Shown one piece after another: positions 28,590 to 41,998 of a stretch of DNA of 64,000 nucleotides. Location: NCBI GenBank assembly GCA_951406725.2, contig OX597814.1:121830001-121894000 (forward strand). Direction: 5' to 3'. The DNA is from Octopus vulgaris. Lineage: Eukaryota. The position numbers and the translations under genes were made by a program. The notes below the pieces were generated by a model, which worked only from the letters and a program-made list of their open reading frames with translations, was not told the origin of the DNA and did no database searches. Position 1 is the stretch's first letter. Each line of letters starts with the position of its first letter.

Positions 28590-29220
28590 TTTTATCTTTC
28601 AGCCATTGGACAGTAGCCATGGTGGGGCACCACTTTGGAAGGTTTCACTCGAATGATTCGATCCCAGTGCTTATTCTATCGGGCTCTGTAGACGAACCGG
28701 TAGCTAACAGGGACGTAAACAAACCAACATCGGTTGGCAGGTGGCGTGGGAGAGAAAAACACAAAGATAACATTCAGATGAATATAGGCATATATATATG
28801 TTTGTATGTATATACAAGAGGGGCTTCTTTCAGTTTTCAAAATCTACTCCCAAATCCACTCGCAAGTCTTTCGTTAGCCTGGGACTATATTAAAAAAACA
28901 CAAAAACCTAAGGTGTCACGCAGTAGAACTGGACCCGGACTTACACGGCTAGAAGCACGCTTCTTATTTCTTTACTGCCCACAAGGGGCTACACACAGAG
29001 GGGACAAACAAAGACAGACAAACGGATTAAGTCGGTTGCATCGACCCCAGTGCGTAACTGGTACTTATCTAATCGACCCCAAATGGATGAAAACCAAAGT
29101 CGACTTCGGCGGAATTTGAACTCAGAACGTAGCGGAAGACGAAATACCGCTAAACATTTCACCCGGTGTGCTAACGTTTCTGCCAGCTCGCCGTGTGGTG
29201 AGAAACACGCTTCTTACCAA
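28590..29220 (-). mobile_element. Old SINE B interrupted by a younger SINE A (28967-29193) with an 11-bp TSD
   Basis: cacgcttctta occurs at 28956-28966 and 29206-29216. The inner copy has the intact family A head (gccagctcgccg on the plus strand). Confidence 0.85.
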
Positions 29221-29317
29221 ACGTATATGTATATATCGGCACACACGCTCGCACATGCACGCACCCACATGCAAAGGTATATATAATATGTATGTAGTAT
29301 GCTTGTATGTAGTATGC

Positions 29318-29360
<43 letters not shown>

Positions 29361-31484
29361 TAAACGCACACCAGTTTCTAATAACAGATAAGAGTGGTTA
29401 AGCACAAATGTTAGCCCTTGTCATTTGAACGCTCATTAAACAAACTCGCCATGTAAAATTCGATCTACATTAGAATAGCGATATTTGCCAATATGTTTTA
29501 CAAGTTACTATCAATAAGCTAGCGGCTAGACGCAGATACAATGTTGTTACAGATACTGTACCTCAGCCAAAATTATGTATTAGTTCAATACCTATCCAAA
29601 CATGCTTACGATTCTAGCTGAAGGCATTCTTAAATTTTTATTACTCCTCGTTCACTAAAACGGATTCTCTCGTCTGACTTCTGAAGCAAGCTATCTACAG
29701 ACGTAATTGCCGGATAAAAATCGAAAGAATTAGAGGAAGAAGAGACGAAATAATAACAAATGTGTCAACACTTAGCGGTAAGGTGTTTGCCTTTCTCATA
29801 TATCATATATCACTTAAACAATTGCAACTTGTTTATTGATGAAAGATAAAGAAACGGTTAATTCTCCCAGCCAGTTACTTTGGATCACTGCCATTACAGG
29901 ATGACGATTCTGTCTGGTCTTCCTAACAAGCAGACGATTAGTACTATTGTGAGGCTGCTTGTATTGAAATGGATGGACGGACACGATGTTGGAAGTGGAG
30001 AGAGAGAGACAGAGAAATAGCAGGAAATTTGTCTGAACGAAGTTAATGATGGAGTGTGAAAGAAGTGATACTTTAAGAAAGCGCAGAGAAGTGAAGAAAG
30101 AACTTGATTAGCCCCGACCGCGGTGGAGGTGGACGTAGCTGTGATGGCGGTACTGTGGTCGTCGTCGTAGTCATAGATATAATGGTGCTGGTGTTGGCTT
30201 GATTAAAGGGGTCGTACCGAACATTTGGGACGGTAACAAATGCAAAATAAGAATGATAACGTTAAGGAACGGAAGATTGGTCACCGGGCAGTTGACTTAA
30301 TAGCACTCTGATATAATCCCTATCTGGCTAACCATATCGAATGATAGGCAATGTATTTATGTGTGCATGTATGTATGTATGTATGTATGTATGTATGTAT
30401 GTATGTATGTATATATATATAAATGCATGTATGTATATGTGCAGATTTGTAATTTTGTTTTATGTATGCATTCTCGTGCATACAGTTACATATCTAGACA
30501 TGCTCCTGTATGTATGGATGTTTATATGTAAGTAAATGTGTGCGTGTGTGTGTATGTGTGTGTGTGAGACTTTGTGAGTGCGTGTGTTCAACAAATAAAA
30601 GATAAGAATAACATATTTAATACAAGGACCATTAACAAACTAATTGGTTATACGCTAGTATAAGATCCACGATAGTAAATGACTAATAATCTCTTAATTA
30701 TTTCAGCAAGTAGAGGAGATATTTATGCAAGACAACAAGCTTTTGCTTTTATTAGGAGTTCATCAGTGAAGTATAGACTTCATAGTATTTGTCAAATTAA
30801 TGATGAGAGAAAACTTAAGAAAATGTATGACAGGAGATAGTGTTTGGTGTAAGAAAGCAAAGTTGTTTATCAATCAATATCTTGAGTGAATTACCTGGTA
30901 ATGAAAATTTACTCATTAGAGACCAGTTAAAACTATATAATATGATATAGAATTTATGATTGAATTAATATATTTGTATACAATTTAAGTTCTGTATCGG
31001 TAATTTTCTTCATAAGTATCTAGGTGGCCGCTTTATTTGTTAGATATACAAGTTTAATCTTCGGAAGGTCGCATTGAATAACTAACAAAGAAGAGTCGAA
31101 GATTTCAGATATGTTGGAATGTCTTTCATAATAGGTTTACTCGATCAGGGCGGACCTTGGGTTAAATTACAACGGCACCATGAACAAAATTTAATACAAC
31201 CATAAGATTCATTTTGTGACTGAACACTGGATTCACAGAATCTGTAGAACCTCAAATAAAAGCAACCAGCTTAGAACTTTCTTGTTGCGAAGCCGATGAA
31301 AATTTTAAAAAATTCATCTCATATATTATTACTGATAGCATTGAACTAAACAGGGTCCTACAAATCGGTGAATGATAAATGTAGATGGTTAAAAAGTTAC
31401 AGAAACAAGGTTATTGTGGGTGATTCTTAGATTTTGACTGGGCTGAAATGAATATTATAACCCTCGATATTATAACCCTCCGTT

Positions 31485-31524
<40 letters not shown>

Positions 31525-31706
31525 CTCCCTCTCCTTCTCTCTCTTCTCTCTCTCTCTCTCTTTCCTTCAGTTTAGCTTAAATGGTAAAGCACTTGACGCG
31601 TAATCACAGTCAAGTCGCATGGCTGGACGCCGACAGATTTTTCAGCAAAATATGGATAGTTGATCATGTTCGTGCTATATAATTATTTCCTTATCTGTGT
31701 GTTGTG

Positions 31707-31765
<59 letters not shown>

Positions 31766-32151
31766 GTATATCGTTGCCATTATGCAAGAGTGTCGTATGT
31801 CCAAAACGTTGCTTTTTCGGAATACGAAACAATAACCTCACCATTCAGTTTCTTTTTAAATTAGCAACAGTTTCAGCTTAACAATAATATCTTGTTGGGT
31901 GCCTAAAATCACATATGCACACATATATATGTGTATGTAGAGTGAGAGCGAGAGAGAGAGAGAGTGAAATGGGAGAGCGGGAGAAGAAGAGAGGAAGAAC
32001 GAAATGTGCAGGAAGTACTTTTGGTCGATGTGATGGGCTAAAGAACTTGAAGATGGTGCCCTAGTATGCCCACTCGTTGATAACAAAAAGCAGTAGATGA
32101 ATAAGAGCAACACACACCCACTCAACATACATATGATCCATGTATATGTGT

Positions 32152-32323
<172 letters not shown>

Positions 32324-32407
32324 GACTCTTCCTTTGTCACTTTCTTTCTCTTTAACTATCTATATGTATGTGTGTATGCCTATCTATCTACCTTTCCATC
32401 TATGTGT

Positions 32408-32454
<47 letters not shown>

Positions 32455-32840
32455 AATGCATGTGTGAGTTTGTGCGTGTGTAGCAATTCTGTACGTGGTA
32501 CTAAACCGTATAGCCTAACGGAATCTCAAGATTGTGTTTGTATTTTTTCGACTAAAATTTGAAGTGGTTTTATATTTCGTGGTTCATAAAGCAATGGCGA
32601 TCGATCTAATGAAGAATATTTCATCTACAGCAGAATGGGAGATTACACTTAAATGAATATAGTGAAATAATGGTTTTAATGAGAAAGACGGAGTGAAAGT
32701 AAGAGAGTAGAATGTAAGAGAAAGAGAGAGTGAGAGAGAGCGAAAGAGCGAGGGAGAGAGCGTGTGTAGGAGAAAAGGAGTGAGAAAGAGAGAAAGAAAA
32801 AGAGATAGGAAGAAAAACGTGTCTGATTATAATGTATAAT

Positions 32841-32877
<37 letters not shown>

Positions 32878-34434
32878 GGAAACGAGAGGATGTGCATATC
32901 TGTGTATGAGCATGATGTAAAAGTGTGTGAGAGGGACAGAGGCAGAGACAGAGAAAGCGAGAGAATGGGAGAGAAATAAGGAGAGAGGAAAAGAGTGTGC
33001 ATATGTGTGTATGTGTGTATGATGTATAATGAAAAGAGAGAGATGAGAGAGAGAGAGAGAAGACAAACTGCATGTGTGTTAGCGTAAGTCTATGTTGTTG
33101 TGTGTGTGTGAGTGTATGCGTGTGAATGAGTGATTGTAAAGTGTGGTGGAGAAGAAAAGAGCGAGATTTTTGCGAGGAGAGCTTTACTGCTCAGTGATAC
33201 GATAGAAACTAATGAATGATTAAACACATAGGGAAAAGTGTGTGTGTGTGTGTGTGTGTGCTTGTATTGTGCATTGTTATGTGTGGGTTTGTGTTTGTAT
33301 ATAAGTGTGATGTGTGTGTGTGTATGTATGTGTGTGTGGTTTGTGTTTGAGAGTGTGTGATGGGGAATGAGAAAGGGGAAGATCATTAATTATTGACCCG
33401 AGGAAATAAAGAAATATATTAGTTCCAGAGAAATAAGGGGTTTACTGCATGACAAATAAAAGAGAGAAAAGGAAAGTGATGGAGAGAGAAAGAGAGAGAG
33501 AGGGAGAGAAGGGGAGAGAAAGGAGTGAGGGAACAGAGAGGGAAATGGAAGGAAGATGTAGCGATAAGGGAGACAAGAAAAAAAATAAACACAAACAGTG
33601 GAAATTGTGGAATACAAAGTTTCAGTGGCACACACTTTACAAGCACATATGCACACATACGCACACACACACATACACATGTACACACACACAAAGGCGA
33701 CACAATCTCTCACACATACACAGTGACACACACACACACACAGCCGCATAAAGAAACACATACAAACGTACACCTGAATTAAAAAAGCAGCTAAGAAAAA
33801 CATCTCTCAAGTGAGCCATTGGCCTAAATTCATCAATTCTAGTTAGGTAGGGATGTACTAAATGATGTATGCAACGATTCAAAAGCAATAGAAATTTTCT
33901 TTTTAAGTGGAAAAAGTAAACAAAAACCTAATGGCAATTATTACCGTGTCTGAAAAATGGGGAGATAATTTCAACCAATCAAATAAATTTTGAAGAAAAC
34001 TAAAGATGTATGCCAAAAGAAGATAACTGAGTTTGTTAGTGGGCAAAGAAACGGCTAACAATTTTGCAGAATTAGTCTTAATGTTTTGAAATATCTTACG
34101 TTCTTAATTTTTTGAAAATTACCAATAATTCTAATATTTTTTCGCCACATAAGTATCATATTTAGGAATGTTTGCTTTCGTCATTTAGTAGTTCCCGAAT
34201 CTGCTGGCCTTGTGCCAAAATTTGAAACCAATATTAAGTTAAATAGTGATGTACATAAACAAAGTATTACTTGAGTTTGTATATGTCTTTATGGCGTAGA
34301 GAGATGAGAAACCTCATAGTCAAGGATTATTAATGAGAAACCTCATAGTTAAGGGCTATTTCTTCGTCTAAGAACGATAAATAAAGAAATGTTTCATTTT
34401 TTATTCGTATGATTTTAATATAGTCATATTAATC

Positions 34435-34620
34435 TTTTATCTTTTATTTTTCCAGTCAATGGTCTGCTACCATGCTGTGCCACCAGTTTCAAGGATTTAG
34501 TTAAACAAAACAATGCCTGTACTTGTTTGTTGGGGTTTCTTTTTAAAGTCTGGTGCTTATCTTATCGATTTCTTTTACCTAACCACTAACTGAAACGGAA
34601 CGGAAACAAACTAACAGCAG
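34435..34620 (-). mobile_element. Degenerate SINE B 3' fragment
   Basis: tccagtcaatggtctgctaccatgctg...gtgcttatcttatcgatttc...aaccactaac resembles the reverse complement of the B 3' end. Confidence 0.55.
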
Positions 34621-34710
34621 GTTATTATTATGCATCTGACGGATTTTTGATTGTTGTTAACACGTTTCGGCTGGTATACTCGCCAGCCTTCTTCAGGTGT
34701 CCTGGGGAAA
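34621..34710 (-). ncRNA. Hammerhead-ribozyme-bearing repeat (Penelope-like LTR type), copy 1
   Basis: The minus strand reads gacac-CTGAAGA-A-GGCTGG(cgagtata)CCAGCC-GAAAC-gtgtt. Core boxes are intact, stem II is a perfect 6 bp and stem I is GACAC/GTGTT. The cleavage triplet appears deleted. Confidence 0.65.
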
Positions 34711-34789
34711 GATAGTGTGATTCAAAGGCGAGAAAACGTTTCTGAAAGGCAATGAGCAATCTGGAAGACCTGCCACAAGCGTTACCCCC

Positions 34790-35284
34790 GAAATGAAGTA
34801 TTGTAAATCGAGAATTTGGCCCACGGGGTCAGATCATCAATCGAGAGTTCTAATGCGATGTTATGAAGCGCTTGAAAGAGGTCATTCGCCGAAGGCGACC
34901 GGATCAGTGGAGCACAAAGAAATGGATTCTTTATGACAGCAATGCACCCTGTCACCGAGCTCTCCTCACCTGCAAATTCTCACAACATGGTGGTATCGCC
35001 TCTACATCCGCCCTATTCACCAAAGTTAGTATTTCTGTTTAAAGTGCTGCTCAAAGGTCTCTGTTTTAAAACCTTTGTCAAGATCTACAGCGAATCGCAG
35101 ACAGTCTTCGACTCTTTTACGGAAGACGACTTCCAGGCCGAATTCCAAAAGTAGCAGGGATGCTTGGACCGGTGTATTACTGCGCAAGGTGACTATTTCG
35201 AAGGAGATGGCGATAGAACTTAGGTAAATAAGTTATTTTTTGTTAAACATAACTAGTCTGGGAACTTTTTGATACTACCTCGTA
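34790..35284 (+). mobile_element. 3' fragment of a second mariner family
   Basis: Translates to NREF*CDVMKRLKEVIRRRRPDQWSTKKWILYDSNAPCH, LHPPYSPKL and DDFQAEFQK*QGCLDRCITAQGDYFEGD. It ends in a TIR-like ctgggaactttttgatactacctcgTA. Confidence 0.88.
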
Positions 35285-35649
35285 TAAAGCTTAACTAAGG
35301 CGTGTGTTTCTGTGTGTATTTGTATATGTGGTTCGGATGTGGTTCCTTAGCAAAATGGGATCAGATTCAACTGAAATTTGTATTCTTCACATGTCCAACA
35401 TCGTATGCTCACAGCACGAGATTAAAAGGATCAGAAATATTTGAGAGAAAATCTAAACACTCGTATATGAGTTTGCTCCCAATAAAATATATCCTTCATG
35501 TGTCATATGCTGTGGTACTTAATAGTAAAATATTTTGCATGGACAAAAGAAGACATACAAACAGACAGACAAACAGGCATACAGACAGGCACATAGAAAG
35601 ATGGCAGGCAGACAGGCAGACAGATGCATACATACATACATGAATGCAT

Positions 35650-35712
35650 ATATACATAATCATATATATTCATATATATACATATATGTGTATATATATA
35701 CATATATATGTG

Positions 35713-35800
<88 letters not shown>

Positions 35801-35847
35801 TATTTATATATATGCACATATGTATGTATATATACGTTGGTAGCTGG

Positions 35848-35928
<81 letters not shown>

Positions 35929-35938
35929 TGATAGATAG
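35650..35938. repeat. (TA)n followed by (GATA)n
   Basis: Read directly. Confidence 0.95.
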
Positions 35939-36087
35939 ACGGATTAAGAGGCAAGTGATAAATATAGATATATTTGTTAAGCAAGCTTTCTTTGTATTCC
36001 AGCAAAAGGATTTAAGAGTACATGATGGATTGATAGTAAAGCTTGCCATCCTTCAACCGACATTATTGCAAATCAAATGACAATACC

Positions 36088-36152
<65 letters not shown>

Positions 36153-36474
36153 TTATACACAGATGTGTAGACATTGAGAGAGAGACAAGGTGGAGAGAAT
36201 TAGTTGAGGCTTGTATTTGCGTTAGCTGTTGGTGGAGATTAGGTATTGAGAAGCAGGGTGCAGGTTGCAGGGTGCAGGGTTTAGATTTGCAGGTGAAGAG
36301 AAATGCATTGAAGATTTATTTCCAGAAGCGGAATCTCTTCGGCTACTGTGTAGAGCTGGTTACGTATTATGCATTATGTATTATGCATTCAGTTTATTAT
36401 GTATAGAACGTTGAGGAAGGAAGGAAAATGTAAAGCTGAGAATTAAATATCTCCTATGTATCTCTGCTTCGCCG

Positions 36475-36526
36475 TCATCGTCTCCTGCTATTTTCAATAT
36501 CTTCACTATTAACAATAGCATCGTCG

Positions 36527-36600
<74 letters not shown>

Positions 36601-36910
36601 TTCGTCGTCGTTGTTGTCGCCATATTCACCAACATCAGCAGCAGCAGCTGCAACTGTGGCAGCGATGTCAACATCATCACCATCATTCTCAACACCATCA
36701 TCATTATAAGTCATTATAATCATCTGCAGCATCTTCGTCGTCGTCATCATCATCATCATCATCATCATCATCTTCATCGTCATCATCATCATCTACCATC
36801 ATCATTATCCCTTCGTCGTCATCGTCATAGTCATCGGCATCGTTTTCCTCCCTATCATCATCATCATCATCTTCGTCGTCGTCGTTGTTGTCAACAACAA
36901 CAGCATCATC
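36475..36910. repeat. (TCA)n/(TCG)n low-complexity tract
   Basis: Read directly. It is the source of the poly-M and poly-D pseudo-ORFs. Confidence 0.92.
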
Positions 36911-37769
36911 AGAATGATCAGCAGTCGTACCACCACCGCTACCGCCTCTCTTAATAACACTAACTCCTGGAAGAATTGCCAGAAATATTACCTCAAAATT
37001 TTCTTTTTTTCTGAAATTACATGATGCCAGCTTAAAACAAGATTATATCTAAGACTTCATTATATAATGTAGCACTGATGGCTAATCAAATAAGACGAGA
37101 TTGTCATGGCTAGATTGCTACCGATCATTTGCTTGCTCGGTCAGTGGTTACCCTGTGGTTGAACCATAAAATCACATGTACAACAAGCAAAATCGATAAA
37201 AGACAACAATAGTAACAGCATTTCATCATTGATTTTTTTTTTTACTTTTGTTTGTTTTTTTAGTTTCCTGTTTTTTTTTTGTTCTCTTTTGTTTTTATTT
37301 TTGAAGCATGATTTCTGAATTCAAACCTCGTTGACAAAGCATATCGACTCAACTGCTAATCAAAAGTTTCCTCTTTCTAGGTTCACGAGACAGGAGAACA
37401 TCCAAACATTTGTTTTATATGACTAAATATTTCGTTTTTGCATTTCGTTTGCAATATTCTAAAACATCAACTGGCGTATCAAACCACCGTTTATTTTGTT
37501 TTTTGTATCTTGGGAGTGTCATTAGTTTAATAATAAACACACGCATTGGTTCCATTTCACTTCCTTTATTTTCATTATTATTATTAGTCATTTAATTAAC
37601 ATTTAACCAATTAACTAATCGATTGTTTTGATTACTCATTCAGTCAATCAAACAATCAGTTCCGCTCATCAATGTCCTTTCGTTGCCATTCACGACCTCT
37701 TCAAGATGTCCCCCCTATTCCAGGTCTGCTTCAAGTCTGGATGCTTGTCTCCCAATTTAGAAGTATGAA

Positions 37770-38217
37770 TGCGCGTGGCATAGACGCGATCGTAAGGTCG
37801 TGATTTCGATTTCCAGTGGTGCATTGTGTCCTTGAGCAGGACACTTTATTTCACATCGCTCCAGTCCACTCAGCTGGCAAAAATGAGTTTTACTGATATT
37901 CTTATTTCGTTACTGCCCATAAGGAGCTACACACAGAGGGGGCAAACAAGGACAGACAAACGGATTAAATCGATTCTATCGACCCCGAAAGGATGAAAGG
38001 CAGAGTCAACCTCGGCGAAATTTGAACTCAGAACATAATGGCAGACGAAATATCGCTAAGCATTTCGCTTGGCGTGCTAATGACTCTGCCAGCTCGCCAG
38101 TGTCACATTCTGTCACACTGAATCTACCAGACAACTATGTGTAAATTAATTCCACGGGCAGACTGTACCGTTAATTGGATCGACTAGAAGCCACGTCGTC
38201 GTAACCGACGGAGTGTC
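37770..38217 (+). mobile_element. SINE family C, interrupted by a minus-strand SINE A (about 37900-38098)
   Basis: A tRNA-like head is followed by gtgtccttgagcaggacactttatttcac-ctccagtccactcagctggcaaaaatgag. After the insert it resumes gtcacattctgtcacactgaatct...gtcgtaaccgacggagt. A related minus copy lies at about 45205-45540 and a probable head fragment at about 9676-9760. Confidence 0.7.
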
Positions 38218-38227
38218 GAGTTTGCAT

Positions 38228-38562
38228 ATTCTTTTCTAATCTAGGTAGAAGACCCGAAAGTTTTTGGGAAGGGGGGCAGTCGATTAGATCGATCCCAGTA
38301 CGCAACTGGTTACTTAATTTTTCGATCCCGAAAGGATGGAAGGCAAAGTCGAAATCGGCGGAATTTGAACTCAGAACATAAAAACAGATGTGTTAACGTT
38401 TCTTATTTCTTTATTGCCCACAAGGGGCTAAACATTGAGGGGACAAACAAGGACAGACAAAGGGACTAAGTCGATTACACCGACCACAGTACGCAACTTG
38501 TACTTAATTTATCAACCCCGAAAGGACGAAAGGAAAAGTCGAAATCGGCAGAATTTGAAATC
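38228..38562 (-). mobile_element. Tandem dimer of 5'-truncated SINE A units with two different 3' tails
   Basis: Two cores (ccgaaaggatggaaggcaaagtcgaaatcggc and its repeat). The tails on the plus strand are ttcttttctaatctagg and ttctttattgcccacaaggggc. Confidence 0.85.
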
Positions 38563-39119
38563 AACTACGTGGTTTCGGCTTCAGTCCTACTGAGTGGAAT
38601 CATAGCCTAGTTACTTTGTCTTTAGTTTTGATTTTTACTTTAGCCTTGAATGAATTGCTATATTCTAAATGAAATTCGATGGACGGACGCTGAGTTTAAT
38701 GCCACCACATAACACTTAGAAGCCGCTAGCAGTGACCTCAATATTACGGACCCTATCTGAGAATAACTTCCTTTCTTCCATCTGTCTCATCGATCCCAGG
38801 ACTTAACGCTTCTCTTGGCCCCTCCTCTTTTGAGTAAGTCACAAAAATAACTGTATCTAATTTAGGGACAACGTCAGTAATTTTAGGGTTAAGGGATCAG
38901 TCGATACCACTAAATCTACCTACATTATCATTACTGTAACAGCAATTAGTGATACTAACGTAACTAGCGCTGTTAGAGATCGATCACTACACCAATCGCA
39001 GATACCAATGCTACCACATTTCTAATCACGACCACCTCCACTGCTATCACTAAAGATCAGCCAAAAATCCAATCAAAGCCATCACCACTAAATGTACCAC
39101 AATAAAATCGATTATGGCC

Positions 39120-39510
39120 ACAACCACCACCACTAACATCAGTCAGAGCCACTACCACCTACACCAATCGGCCCAACAGCACCACCAACAACATTACCAC
39201 TATCACCACCACTATCACTACTACCATTACCACCACCACCACTAACACCACTACCACTATCACCACCACTATCACTACTACCATTACCACCACCAACACT
39301 ACCACCACTACCACTACAACTAACACCAATCACAACCACCTCCACCGCCACTAACTCTAATCACAGTCACTACCACCTACATTAATCGGCCCAACAGCAC
39401 CACCAACACTACCACTATCACCACCACTATCACTGCTACAACTAACACCAATCACAACCACCACCGCCACCACTATCACTACCGCCACCACCAGCACCAG
39501 CACCGCTACT
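39120..39510. repeat. ACC/ACT-rich minisatellite with an internal duplication of about 220 bp
   Basis: cactaccacctac...aatcggcccaacagcaccaccaaca occurs at about 39150 and about 39369. Confidence 0.85.
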
Positions 39511-39699
39511 ACTCTTTCCCATCAACCACAAACAATAACTATGTCAATTATTGTCACTTCTAACGACACCTCTACAACACCATCCGCATAGAATAAACCG
39601 TTTGATCATAGGGGCTTGATCAATCAAGACTGACCCGGGGCTAAACAGCAACAACAACAACAAACAATGCTAATAGAAAAGAGCAATAATAAGAGAGAA

Positions 39700-39700
39700 C

Positions 39701-39740
<40 letters not shown>

Positions 39741-39884
39741 GCAATAATAATAATAATATTAACAATAATAATAATAATAATAATAATAATATTAATAATA
39801 ATTAATAGCAATAATAATAATAATATTAACAATAATAATAATAATAATAATGATAATAATAATAATAATAATAGCAATAATATT

Positions 39885-39921
<37 letters not shown>

Positions 39922-39935
39922 GCAATAATAATAGC

Positions 39936-40014
<79 letters not shown>

Positions 40015-40025
40015 GCAATAATATT

Positions 40026-40059
<34 letters not shown>

Positions 40060-40085
40060 GCAATAATAATAATAATAATAATAGC

Positions 40086-40152
<67 letters not shown>
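39700..40152. repeat. (AAT)n tract of about 450 bp with AGC and ATT interruptions
   Basis: Read directly. Confidence 0.98.
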
Positions 40153-40359
40153 GGAGCAATAATAAGAGAGAAGCACAAGAAGAAGATGATGGAGAGTGAA
40201 AAGCAGGGCACCGTTACTAATAGGAGTTCAAGTGAAGTGGATAAAATAAAGGATGTTCTATCACACGAGGGCTAATTAGTAATAATGTTGGCAATTCTTT
40301 CTCGTAGCATTGATGTACAATGCATTACACTAACTGCCGCCTACAGGCTGATCATTATT

Positions 40360-40446
40360 GCAATCAGCATCATCAGCATCAGTATCATCATCATCGTTGC
40401 CATCGTCGCCGTCGTCGTCGTCGTCGTCATCATCATCATCGCCATC

Positions 40447-40487
<41 letters not shown>

Positions 40488-40530
40488 TACATCACATCAT
40501 CATCACATCACATCACATCATCATCATCAA

Positions 40531-40566
<36 letters not shown>

Positions 40567-40760
40567 TACATCACATCAACATCATCATCATCATCATCAT
40601 CACATCACATCATCACATCATCAACATCATCATCATCATCATCATCAACATCATCATCATCATCGCAATCGTCTTCATGATTGTCATCGCGATCCTTTTC
40701 TCCCCTCTTCATCCTCATCATCCTCATCATCGTCATCGTCGTCGTCGTCGTCGTCATGGT
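40360..40760. repeat. (ATC)n/(GTC)n tract
   Basis: Read directly. Confidence 0.95.
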
Positions 40761-41837
40761 CTTCATAAAATCAATAATCAGTAACGTTGTCGTTCTCATC
40801 GCCCTCATCACGACTACTGCTAGGCACTAGCCCCCTCCACCACGACCATCACAACTAAATCATCATTATCATCACCATTCTCCTCCGCCTTCTCCTTCTC
40901 CTCCCCCTCCTCATCATTATCATCATTATCACCACCACCAACAAAACCATCATTATTACCACTGCCCTCACTATCTTAATCCTAACACTAACCTCGTCGT
41001 AATTTTCACCATCACCGTCACAATTAATGAGTAAGAGAGGAAAGAAGGGGAGGAGGAGGAGAGGAGGAGAGGAGGAGGGGAAGAGGAGAGGAGGAGGGTG
41101 GTGGTAGTGGTGGTGGTGACGGTGGTCGCGGTTTGGTGGTGGCTGGTGGTGACAATAATGATGATGGTACTGTTGAGTCGAGGCGGATTATGGTGAACGT
41201 GGTGCTGTTGCTAAGAGGATAATGGGGTTCGTATTGAAGTGCTAAATGATAGTGGTTGGGGTGGGGGTGGTAGTGGTAGTGTTGGCGGTTAAGGAACGCG
41301 GTGGCTGTGACGGTTTTAGGGGTTGAATTGGTTGGGGGATCGTCATGGTCGAAGTGGCTGGAGAGGTTGTTGTTTGGGTGATGCTGGTTTTGCTGGTGGC
41401 GATTTCAGCAATTTTTGAAGAGGATGAAATGTTTGCGCTCAGGTGAAGTTGGTGAGATGGTTGTTGTAGTGGCGAAGGCAATAATGGAAATGAGAGCAGA
41501 AGTGATAGTGGCGACGGCGACGGTGGCGGTGGTGGTGGTAGTGGTGGTGGTGGTAATGCTGCTCTTTATTCTGTTTCATAGTTCGTTTATTTTTCAGTCA
41601 TTCGACTGCGGTCAGGTTGCGGCCCCGCCTTGAAGGTTTTGGTCGAACAGCTCGATCCCACTAAATATCTTAAGTCTGGTACTCATTTCTATTCAGTATT
41701 GTAAAAGAGCTACTTTCCGGGAAGCGAATTTTTTTTTTTTCCACGAGAGTTCCAGACCCCAGTTACGAACTCATTTGCATGCAACTAATGAGAGCTCCAT
41801 ACACAAGTGTCATATAATTAAGTACAATAACTATAAT

Positions 41838-41998
41838 AAATAGATCTATAATTCTTTTCTACTCTAGGCACAAGGCCAGAAATTTTGGGGAGGGGAACAG
41901 TCGATTAATTTATCGACCGCGAAAGGAGGAAAGGTAAAGTTGACATCGGCGGAATTTGAACTCAGAACGTGAAGATAGACGAAAATAGATCTATAATT
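41838..41998 (-). mobile_element. 5'-truncated SINE A with a 16-bp TSD
   Basis: aaatagatctataatt at 41838-41853 and 41983-41998 flanks the element. Confidence 0.9.

Noticed and set aside
39139-39351. Gly/Ser-rich ORF resembling a structural protein
   Set aside because: It is short and derived from the ACC/ACT minisatellite, with no supporting gene structure.
39590-39665. Possible fourth old SINE 3' end with a (CAA)n tail (similar traces near 31.1, 37.1, 49.9 and 50.1 kb)
   Set aside because: Too degenerate to delimit by eye, so not listed as a feature.
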